64,000 nucleotides of DNA from Takakia lepidozioides. Taxonomy: Eukaryota; Plantae; Bryophyta. The position numbers and the translations under genes are program-made. The stretch is from assembly GCA_030704615.1 (NCBI GenBank), contig CM060732.1:78368001-78432000 (forward strand), written 5' to 3'. The notes under the pieces were generated by a model that was not told the DNA's origin, did no database searches, and saw nothing but the letters and a program-made list of their open reading frames with translations. Below, in pieces: positions 1-10,764 of the stretch (position 1 is the stretch's first letter; each line of letters opens with the position of its first letter).

Positions 1-567
1 TTTGACAGCTTCCTCGGCGTGCCCATGGTTGGCATAGCCTGCCATCATCATAGTCCAGGTAAACATATCTCGTTCAGACATTTTGTCAAACACTTGGCGT
101 GCGTCCACAATGCTACCGCACTTGGCATACATATTGAGAAGGGTGTTGAGTAAAAATGTTTGTGGCTTGTATCCACTTCGGATGATGTGGGCATGCACCT
201 GCTTGCCCTTTGCTAGGTTTTTTGTGTTGATACATTCCTGCAAGAGACAGACATATACAGTCGAGTCTGCTTGAACACCTCCTTGGTTCAAAATGGTCAG
301 CGCCTCATTCAGACGTCCTGCCTTACATAATATCCTCACATACTCACAAGCGCCAGAAAAATCCTTATTGACTTGGGCACTTGGTGGTCTTTGAACATCA
401 GCGGTGAGGGTTGGGGTACTAACCCTGACGCCGTTATCATGTCCAACAGACAACTCAACGCCGATGGTGGCTTTGGACTCCAAGCTGAACTCATTTCGTG
501 AAAACCTGGCCAGAAGCTGTGACTTTCCCACTGCTGAATCCCCCGAGATGCACAAGCTTGAATACAT
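1..567 (-). CDS. PLS-class pentatricopeptide repeat (PPR) protein, 5' part; runs off the window edge
   Basis: Manual translation is open from ATG 567 to base 1: ...[113 protein letters not shown], typical L/S/P motifs. It is missing from the ORF track because no stop lies in the window. The start codon is inferred. Confidence 0.93.
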   Translation of the reverse strand, partial: MYSSLCISGDSAVGKSQLLARFSRNEFSLESKATIGVELSVGHDNGVRVSTPTLTADVQRPPSAQVNKDFSGACEYVRILCKAGRLNEALTILNQGGVQADSTVYVCLLQECINTKNLAKGKQVHAHIIRSGYKPQTFLLNTLLNMYAKCGSIVDARQVFDKMSERDMFTWTMMMAGYANHGHAEEAVK

Positions 568-609
568 AGTCTATGTTTTGTCGTACTCCCCATAGGCATT
601 GGACATCAT
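454..609 (-). pseudogene. RabA4/Rab11 small GTPase N-terminal fragment embedded in the PPR 5' region
   Basis: Reads MMSNAYGEYDK / IDYVFKLV / [30 protein letters not shown] across two compensating frameshifts. Contains the P-loop and effector (switch I) segment of plant RabA4. Confidence 0.85.
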
Positions 610-1151
610 TATACCACGATTAACGATGTAATCAGCACAGTCCTCGATATGCAATACCACCTGCTGAGGAGAATCTCTTCAGTCCTTTACCACGATTGTG
701 CACAGCCTCTCGCTGTGAGCGACCCGATCGGAAACAATGCCTACTTCTGGATATGTCGACTGCTGGAGAAGACCCGAGTGAAGCACAACCATACCGACCA
801 GCGAGCGCATCTGCATTGGCAGCTACAAGCAACCTGCGCGGGTGGAGGATGATGAATCCATGCGGGCCAAATCACCTTCCCCACATTTGGAAATACAAGA
901 GAGAGAAGGCACGAGTACAAGTGCAAAATTGGGTGCAGATTTTGAAGCAAGGAGCATTTCGGAGGACTCCGAAACTAAGGGATTCCGCTCTCAGAATTGC
1001 ATGACGATGAAAGGGCAGGCCAAGAGAATGCAGGTGTGTGCCCAGACTCTCCAGACTGGATTGGAGGCGGCCATCGTTCAATCTTGAGAGCTCGCCCTCT
1101 TCCTTTTTCTCTCTCTCTCTCTCAAAATTTTCTCTTTTTGGACCCGCTTCG

Positions 1152-1347
1152 CCACGTGTATACAGGCCTATGACATGGCCTATGACATGTTATAACTCAA
1201 AGAGGTTTTGACGTGTCCCCACGTGTACACGGGCCTATGACATGGCATATGACGTGTTATAACTCAAGAGGTTCTGACGTATCCCCACGTGTACACAGGC
1301 CTTATGACATGGCCTATGACGTGTTATAACTTAAGAGGTTTTGACGG
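1152..1347. repeat. Tandem repeat, ~66-bp unit x3, containing CACGTG/ACGTGT motifs
   Basis: Unit approx. ccacgtgtacacaggcctatgacatggcctatgacgtgttataactcaagaggttttgacgtgtcc, repeated three times. Confidence 0.9.
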
Positions 1348-1479
1348 AGGTCTTTCCACTGATGAGGTGTGGAAGGGACTTGCTCGGGATTGTTGCAGGG
1401 GATGTCTTGTTGTTAGTATGGTATGGGCAAAAGACGCAAAGAGGGAGTGCAAGAAGAGAGGGAGGGTGGGGTAAAGAGT

Positions 1480-3440
1480 GCAAGAAGAGGGAGGAAGATA
1501 AAAGATAAAGATAAGATAGAGAGAGAAGACTCTGACGGAGGCCGGCGTAACTAAGAGCCACTTCGCCTTGCGGCTACTGCCCCTTTCGGGGGTGGGCCCT
1601 ATGTCAAAAAGTGTGGGGGGACACTAAGAATAGAAGGGGCGAGGGTACCCCTGGGTACCTAGGGGTATCATGGGGGACTTAAGGTGCGTTTGAAGTGCCG
1701 GATTCCAGTTGGCGTTTGTTGATGATAATAGCAGTGAGTGAACGGAGTGTCGTGAGATGGATTTCTTTGAAACATTTGTGGATGGGAAGAATGAGAATTT
1801 GGAAGTTATCGTGTATGTGCGTGATACTGGCGTTATGAATGTCACCTCGAGTGCCGGCTGTGATGACAGTTAACGGGCCGGTTTTCCAGCCACGCCTTCG
1901 GAGTGCAAGGATAAGCGAGGCATATTTTTGCCGTTTTTCCTAAGATTGAATCATTTGGATAACGATCATGGCAAAATGTGAATTCAATGAAATGGATGGT
2001 GAGTTGTGGGGATGGTGAGGTGGGGGGTAAAGTGTTGATAGGTAGACCTGGGACGAGGAGTATGTCCGGGCAAAGTCGAGCGGGGCATGAGCATGGTGTT
2101 TGGGTACATATGCATGGTAGTAGCCACGGTGGTACTGTGTGGTCGGGTGGCCGTCCCTGGTAGGTGCCTGCATTCATGAGCGACAACCAACGGGTTTCAG
2201 CACGTTTTAGAAAGAGCTTGTGGAGGTGTCAGACTGCCTGGTTATGACGCGTGATATGTAAGCCATGTATAACTGGGTGTGTACATTGGCTGAGGAGATG
2301 TGGCCAAGTGTCACGAGCGGGTGGTACATAACGGGCAGTATGGGGATGGGAACAAATGTGGCCAGAAGATGTGTTTGCGTTGGTGGCCCATGTATTGGGC
2401 ATATCGGAATTTGAGTGTTTGTCGGATTTGTGCGTCAGTGGTGGCTTTGGTTAGCCAGAAATGATTGGAGAGTTTATAGTGCAGTACATTGGATTTAGTC
2501 CATTTTTGGATGTGTACTTTGGTATGGCTGATGGAGACTGCCGCTTGTTTATTTGCTTCTCTGGTCAGAGTGGTCAGGAGGTTTCGGAGTGGTCTGGGTG
2601 CAGGTGGGTCTGGAACGGGGTATATGAACCAGAAGGGATGGGTGTGGGCGATGTGAATAGGGTCGTTCGAGGGTTCAACTATGGGTTGGGAGGCGCCGAG
2701 TTGGGCGAGTAGGTCTGCTTCTTCATTACCATGGATGCCAGTATGCGAACGGACTTTGAGTATATGCACTAGGTGGCCTAGGGAGATGGCCCTCTGGACA
2801 ATAGCGGCAATGAGGTTGCGGTCAGGGTGATGATGATGGGCAGAGGGGTGGGAGATGTGGTTGCGAATGAGGAATAATGAGGTAAGGCTGTCGGTGAAGA
2901 TGTAGTGGGGGGGGGGGGGAGGGGTGTTCGAGTAGAGAGAGGGCGTCATAAATGGCCATGAGTTCAGCCCGGAGGATGGTGGCAGGGCCAGGGCTGAGGG
3001 CAATGCCTTCACTGGTGCCGGCGTGATAGATTCCATACCCTGCATTAGGTTTGGTGAGGGATCCGTCAGTGTAATGTGAATTGGCCAGTGGGTATTTTGG
3101 GGATAGTGTTTTGTTGATATATTGCAGGGATTGGGGGTAGAGGTGTTGTTGGCGCAACCTGGGAAAGGCGTGGTGTCGCAATGTTCCAAGCTTTGTTGGT
3201 TTTGATCTGGGACAATGTGGTGGGTGTATGGGTGTGGGAGAGGATGGTTGGATAATGGATGGTGGCTTTATTTTATAAGTGATGGTGAGCAAAAGATAAG
3301 ATAAAGTTTCTTTAACGTCCAGTGAAAGGAAGGTTGGGAAGCGCAAAACGAGGTAGGGTCTGACAGATTTTGTGGAACCCGTAAGAATGTGGAAGCAGCC
3401 GTGTCAAGGTACCGCTTGGGTGTGTTGTGTTGAGTCATGC
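1480..3440 (-). mobile_element. 5'-truncated non-LTR retrotransposon with RNase H, CCHC finger and restriction-like endonuclease (Dualen/RandI-like), degenerate
   Basis: RNase H motifs YTDGS, TILRAEL, IFTDSL, KVRSHTGIHGNEEAD. Then CPLC..HLLSQC..RHNQAV, PDILL, IEFTFCHD. C-terminus GWKTGPLTVITAGTRG...IIINKRQLE, stop at 1679-1681. TATCT-type simple-repeat tail. Several frameshifts. Confidence 0.75.
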
Positions 3441-3499
3441 TCCCTAGTCTTACCTTCATCTTATGTTTTGCCTTGAAAGCAAGAGAGCTGTGGTGTAAT

Positions 3500-6400
3500 C
3501 CTGCAAAACTTTTATTTACAAACTGACATGAGATAACTGTACAAAATATGGAAAGTTCCCATAGCAAGAGAAGAGTTAACATAAAGAAATGAAAAAGAAA
3601 GCATATCAAGCTAATCAAACCGAATGATCATCCCATCCAACTGCCTGAATGACATCAGACAAGGAAATGGGTGTGACATTGGGAAGAGTAGAAAGATGAG
3701 ACGAAGCCATGCCAGCTACTGTAGCCCGATGCAAGATGGACATAGCATGTGCCCTCTGTAGTGCTACGGAAACCCGTTGTCTATAAAAAGCTACGAAGAC
3801 AGAAGCATGGGGAATGCCATTGATCTTGTTCTTAGCAGCATGATGAACACAAGTACGAAGAAAGTCGTTAAACTGACAATGAAGACATCCAAAGATCTCC
3901 ACAGCCAGTGGAAAGAACGCATCTGTGGGATGACGGTCTTGATAGTCTCGTTGCTTGGTTTATGCGGCAATCAAAGCGGCAGTGCCTTGGGAAGAGGCCG
4001 AGTGAGAAAGTAAGTCGGATCGAGTGGGATCGACAATGACAACATCTGCAAGGGTGCGCAAACCATCTCGAGATAGGACGATGTTGACTCGCCGACGAGT
4101 GGATTGAGACGTACGAAAGGGATGCATATGAGTTTGCTCCCGCAATACATGGAATCCAGCCTCTCGAGCAACAGAGGCGACGGCGTCCCTCACAACATCA
4201 TGGATCGTTGTATGATCTCCTCCACATGAACAACGAAGGAGATGAACAACGAGTGGATCGATGGGTTGGTGACAAACAACGTTGTAAGCCAAGCACAGAA
4301 GGATGTGGTAAAGCCAAGACAAATGCGGAGATCCGTGGCAAAGATTGGAGACGACAAACGAAACGATGTGATAGTGGGTCTTGCGATAAGCCACGCACCT
4401 GCCCGTGGTCCCGCGCAAGATAAGAGCATGGCACGATGCACATCAGAAGATGCATTAGAAAACATGCTGGAAAAGGTTTGTTGGTGCACGCGATCCACGA
4501 TGGTCTCCTGGAGATGGTCCAAGCCCTGAGTAACCAGCTGCTCAAATGGCGGAAGACAAGCCCGCACTGATGGATGAATAAGGTCCCGTGCAGATCGGAG
4601 ATGTTGGTGAAATGAGAGTGAACCGTTTTATCCACATGAAGCAATGCTATCCATAAAGTAAGGGCCGCTGGTCACATAGAAATCTGGGAGCAAGGGGGTG
4701 GAGCAACTAGAGCCCAATTGCCAAGGAAGCACAAGGAGCAGAGTGGCGCAGTGGAGAGTAGACCCACTCCGCCAGCGGACACGAGGTAAAGGTGGCTGTT
4801 GCGAGGTGGTAAGGTAAATCCCCTTGGGAACCATCCAGAGCACCTTGCCCCAGTAAACGACCAAAACCCCCCATAATGTGAGCATCAAACTGTGACATGG
4901 ACTGCAGGAATTCAATGGTAGGTGGAAAAGACCGTAAGAGGTACGATGGTCGTTGAATGAAACACCTTGTGAAAATACCGTAGGCGACTTGTAGATCCCA
5001 CAGCCTAGGAAGGAGCTCAGAATGGGAGATGTCCTCTTGAAGTGCGTCTTCCAGGAAAGTTGAAGTGAATGAGGTGGTGCCACAAAGAACGCCCAAGATC
5101 CGGATGCCGTCAGATGGTGTGAAAAAATGGGCAGGTGGCGAAAAGCCAGATAGTAAACCGGATGGAGACCACACAACACACTTGCGAGGTTGAACGGAGA
5201 GCCCCACAGAGTGCAACTGGGTGATGAAATGACTGTAAGCCGGGAGGACCTCGGATGCCGGACCAACGATGTGGGTGTCATCTGCAACAGAAGGGAATAG
5301 ACAAGAAGGACATGCTTGTGCAGACGATGTAAGAATGCGCATATGTGCCATGGCAAAAAAGCGTGTGAAACAGTGTTGAAGGCGTTGTTGACATCGACTT
5401 GAAGAACAACCCAGTCAGGATGAAGGTAAAGTGTGGCGCGGATCCCGTGTACAACAGCTTCACAGCCTCTTGGAGTAGCAACGCCGAACTGATGTGGACA
5501 GAGGTGGGCGGAGAATGCATCTTGATACTAAAGGCAAATAGAACGGCTAACCAGACGGTACATGACCTCCCCTACGGCAATAAGACGTATGCCAGGACCG
5601 GTGTGTTTGGACATAGCCAAGAGTCGTGATGCCCCAAGGAGGCGTGCCATTGAGGCAGATATGTGACCACTGGTAATATGAGAGCAAACTTGAAAGAGTT
5701 GGGCGAAGCCACTAGCAGAGTCCTGGGGATTGAAACAGTTGCGCAGATGTTCATACAACAAACCAGACGGGTCGGCTGCAGAGAGACGCGGACTACGTGT
5801 AAAAGCCTTGGTGAAGATGTCATGATCTAGCTGGAGATCTTGATCCGGCTCAAAATCATCGACCAAAACTGGAAGAATGTGCTCAGATGGGGGATGAAGG
5901 GCCTCCAAAGCAGCGACAATGTCTAAATAAGGTGGTGCAGGAGTGAAAAGTGCCAGGGCACGCACTGCACGTGAGTACTCACCGACACGACCCAACGATA
6001 AACTGTGTCAAAGCCGTTTGTGGGTAGAGAGGGTTGGTTGTGGCAAGATATCCGGAGGGGTTTGTGCAGCAAGAGCGTGTGCACGGAGATAATGCTCGTC
6101 TTGCAGACACTCCCAATCCCCAGATAGAAAATGGCAGAGACGGATGCATGTTTCTATATGACCAGCATCACCACCGCGTGGGCCCAAGACCAAACACCAT
6201 TGGGCAAAGAGCAAGAGAAGATGCCAAGCCGGGATATCAGCAGGATCGCGGGCCATACGGTCTAGAGGCATGCGAAGAGCGTGTTGAACCTCTTGTCTTA
6301 GCGCCAACGGGATCCGTGTATAGAGGCGAGGCCGAGGCAGTCCCAGATGAAAAGCGCCAAGGACATCTAGAGTGGAGAGCCAAACCCATGCAGAGGCAGG

Positions 6401-7330
6401 AGGAGGAGTGGGTGACGCATGTACAGGGATGGATAGAGAAGAACCGTGGGGGTGGGACTGCCGAAAAGCTGAATAGGTGCACTGATGGCGGGCAAGGCCT
6501 CTGATCCGAGCAAATGGTCGTCCAAAAGCGGGACGAGGAATGCGATCATCACCTGGAGAAGTTTGATTGGATGTCGATGGCGGCACTGATGGAGCAGGTG
6601 GAATAACTGGGGGAGCTGGCAAATTGGATCTCCCTGAAGAAGAAGGGGGAAGATCTTGAACTCTGTGTTGAACGCGGGGTGGAGAGCCAGGCGGGGAGAT
6701 GAATAGCATTGGGCGTCCATGCACTTGGGTAGAAGGAGCACAGCGACTCTTGGTTGGTTTGAGTTCGAGTGTACCACTGGTGCTGACTGGAGTTACGTCG
6801 TTGTTGTCCGGTTGCACATGTGCTGATCATTGCAGGAGGCCTGAGAGAGGGGGAGGACTGGCCGCTCCTCAGGTGTGTTGGGGATATCAGAACTGGGGGC
6901 ATGTGGAAGTGGTCTTGGTGCAGGTGATGGCGGTGTCTAGGTGAACGCTGATAAGTTATTGGGAGATGGGATCCGGACAATTGCCGTGGATGCTGTGGAC
7001 GATGGGGCTGGTGTTGACGGGGGCTTTGCGCAGGTGTGGGGCCCAACCCGGGGCCCTGGTCACTGACGCCCCTGCTACGAGGACGTTTGCGGCTGCGTGG
7101 ACCCGTTGCTCGGCGGCTGCCCGATGCCGTGATCGCCATCTAACTCGCAATCTTCAGAACTCGAAATCTTCGCTCTCTCACTGCTCACCCGCCTTCGCTT
7201 CCGCGCTCTCCTCTCTCCTCTCTTCTCCCCTACTTTCTTTGATCACTCACTCTATCTCGCTTACTCGCTCACTCTCTCTTCACCCCTACTTTCTTTGATC
7301 GCTCACACTATATCGCTTACTCGCTCACAA
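3500..7330 (-). mobile_element. CRE/Zepp-like non-LTR retrotransposon (RT + RLE), near full length but frameshifted
   Basis: RT motifs GIRLIAVGEVMYRLVSR, VDVNNAFNTV, SVADDTHIVGP, GIRILGV. Zn/RLE region RCSCGGDHTTIHDVVRD..RRVNIV..ADVVIVDP. C-terminus QRVSVALQRAHA. Pro/Arg-rich N-terminus from ATG 7139, stop 3615, AATAAA near 3510. Confidence 0.8.
7228..7328. repeat. Short direct duplication at the putative 5' end of the CRE-like element
   Basis: ctactttctttgatc(a/g)ctcac(t/a)ctat(ct/at)cgcttactcgctcac occurs twice. Confidence 0.7.
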
Positions 7331-9849
7331 GGGAGTCCACCTTGAGGAGAGCCGATTTCCGTTTGAGGCTTGTTGTTTTTGGCATTCCTGATTCTCAAGT
7401 CGTGTTTAGGAATGCAGAACTGGCTGCTGAGTGATGAAATCTATCACCTTGGGAAGGACCTTCATGAGGGTCACAGCCTTTAGACGACCAATGCTTGAAG
7501 CATTCTGTACAGTGAGTGCTTCTCTGAAGGAAAGACATGGTATCAGTTTGACGAAAGCTTGGGAGAAGTGAACGGAATAATGATGTACAGTCCAGTTACA
7601 GATATTTACAAGGTATTCCGTATGCTTTGGAACTTATTTGAGCTCCTGATCTTGAATGGCTCAGCGGCCCGATCTCCAATGTGCAAGCAATCATGGCTGA
7701 AGGATTTGACTCCCCAAATCCTTGTATGAACCCACTTGCCAATATTACCCCCTTCCCTTCTTTTAGGTCCAGGGAGAGAGCAACCAAGTACCTACGATCT
7801 TGGAGCAACTTGCAACAAAATTTGGATCCTTCAGTCGAAAGACCGAGAAAACAATCTGCGCACACTGAGTAAAGGCAATGGATATTGCAATGTTCCTCAA
7901 CCGTCTGACGAGCCTGACAAGCTCTACGGCAAGGTTCAACATCATCTCCTCCTCCCTCTCTACCCCTTCCATGATGTCTGACTGATTTTCTGTCGCCACG
8001 CCTTCATTGCAAGGTAACAGATTGCAAACGAGTCAAATGAGACGAGCATCAGGACCAGCTTGCTCCAGGTTGGTGGGGTGGTCTTGAACACCTCCACCAG
8101 TGGCCCCAGTATCCCTCTTACACATGTCAAGAACAAGCAGGCGCCAGCCACCTAGTCATGCAAATATCATACTGGGTTGTGAGGCTGAAAAAATTTCACT
8201 GCTCAGTCAGACAAACACGGGGACTTAATTCCTTGCGTTTTCAATCTAATCTGGCTCCCCATTTCTTACTACACCTTCTGTAAATTCAGCTGATTATGTG
8301 GACTTCTTTGAAACTTTTATGATGTTATGACTGACCATGAATGTCCTGTCTACCTGTCTGAGAGTGTGGGCAAGCTCATGGATTTTGCTACGCTTCACTT
8401 TCTCAACGTAGCGAAATACACCCATCAGCTCCTTGATCACTTTGATCACATATCCGTCCTGCCAGAATTCAAAGAAAAGCACCAGTGACAAATTCGTCGC
8501 TTTGCAATTTTCCCCTGGCTCATGCACCAACATCTGAGCTGCCCCAAGCTCTGAAACCTTAACTAATGTCACCAGCATGCGCATACTTTGAGTAGTTTGC
8601 AAACAAAATGTGTTTTTTTCTCTCTCTCTCACAGTCACAGATAGTTTGTCACTGTCGGCTTTCCTCCCCCACCCTCTTCACGGTGGTGCGGACTTCCACT
8701 GTTCGTTGCCTCTTTAAGCTCAAAATCTTGGGTTTTTTCCCCTTTCGTCAAAAGCAGAGGCTGTAAGAGAGGCAGGACTGAGAGAGGGAGAAAGACAGAC
8801 ACCTTGTCAACGACCTCCGTAGAGCTATCTTGGTCCATTCCATCATTCTCTCGGTTGAGGTGGGGTTTCTGTTCTTCTGGATTTTGCAAAGATGCTCTTG
8901 GACCTCTCGTCACACCCTGCCGTGGCAAACCCTGTGCGCCCAGCCCCTTCCAGTTCCTCTCTATTTTCTTAGACGAGTCAAAGCTGGGAGTAAATTTCAC
9001 TAATCCTGAACATAGTCTATTTAGACTTGATTGACAACAGCTCCAGCTTTGCATTCCTGGCCCCTCGCATGGGCAAGCATCTCTATCCCTTGCCCTATAA
9101 TTCACTAATAAGTAGGAGAGATGTCTGGGAGGCTCCTTCATAACTATTCTACCAGCTTTCGGACGAATGCAATATGAAGTACAAGAAACAGGCTTCCTCT
9201 CTGTGCAGATTGTCCTGCCGAGGTCGAGGTCCAGTGTCCTTAGTGAGGCAGAACATCCACGTTTGGATGCCAGAGCTTCGCAAAATGAAAACCCCATTAC
9301 TGATTTGTCAGCTCTTAAGACAGCCCAATTAGGCAATTGCTGTAGCCCAATCACATTAACGACAGTATATCTGGTAAAGCAGCCTCACTTAGCCCAATTT
9401 CATAGGTGTTTCCCCTTGCCAACGGCCTCCACTCTCATACATGCTTACATTTGAGCCATCTCTCTGCCCTACACAGCCGCACAGAGATTTGCTGCAAAAA
9501 GTGCAGAGAGAACTTACTTACCCTCTTGAAGGGACTCTCAGCAAACATTTTGTACAGAGATGGAAGGGAAGGGCTCTCCCTCCCGCCATGGCGCTAGGAG
9601 ACGCCCGTTCATATCTGGATGAAGCTGGATGAAGCTGGATTACTACATATCCCAATTCTGGGAACTGGATGAAGCTTGCACATACAGAAAGAGAGCAAAC
9701 AGCAAACCTTCCCTAGGATAGCATAGACCACAGCCAGAAGCAAGTCCAAGGTTAACCACATAGATGTCAGTGGTACTGAGATGTCAGTGGTACAGGATTC
9801 TCGGCCTCAACTTGAATTCCCTGCAGCAAAAACTTTGATTGCCTTGGTG

Positions 9850-10195
9850 GTTTCACCAATGGACTGCTGCACCGCATCTGCTGGATTTCAACAACCAGCC
9901 GCTCATAAGGGGCCGGCCTCAAGTCATGTCCCAAGTACAGACCATCTGCTTACTCCCAAACAAACTTCACCAGGGCATAGGGAGGGACATGGATCGTTGG
10001 CATCAGCTGCCACCTGCTGGCCACATCCTCATAGAAGGCCCACTCACAAAGGCCTTGAGATAAGCAAGAGAGCCAGAAAAGAGAACACCACCGTTTGGTG
10101 AGATCTAAACCTCTACAAAAGCTAAAGACGAGCAAGGAGGCACAAACTCTCTCCAAAACATATTCAGGCAACTGCTCCCAAAGAGAGGCCTCCAT
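9850..10195 (-). pseudogene. F-box protein remnant
   Basis: MEASLWEQLPEYVLERVCASL..RWCSL resembles an F-box motif. An in-frame stop at 9950 precedes ADGLYL. Confidence 0.55.
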
Positions 10196-10764
10196 GGCCT
10201 CTTTGGAGATCCCACGGCCTCGGAAGACTCTTGAACAAACATACATTGCTTTAGGGCACAAAAAAGATAGGGAAGACATTGTTATAGAAAATGCAAATGG
10301 CGACCATTTTCGTTGGGACTGCCTGTTAAATTTTTTTGACCAGGCAATTCAATTCACCCAAGGCCCAGTTCCTTCTTGTGAGAAATTCTTCTGCGGTACT
10401 TGAATACTCTACAGTAATGATACTCATGAAATACTTAAATTAACACTGGGAAGAGAAAGATAACAAACACAGAACCCTATCCGACTCCGCTGGCACTGCA
10501 TCAAATAATCCCTGCAATAGTAGCTCTGGAAAATTGGCATCAACAGCTATATCCATATCTACTATGTAGCAATTGACTGGATAGCACCTCCCAGTTGGAG
10601 GCAGCATCCTGATAGCAACATGTGGCTGAAGAGATTCATTGCCACTGGTTTCAGCCAGCCAACCGACAATGCCCGCGACACCAAAATATGAATCCGACTT
10701 GAATGGATGTATGACTCTTGGTAGCAATTGCCATAATGAATTAAAGGAACAGGAGACTTGGCTA

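Noticed and set aside
1554-1600. Hammerhead ribozyme
   Set aside because: It lacks the CUGANGA core and the GAAA-N...UH arrangement. Kept only as a generic structured RNA.
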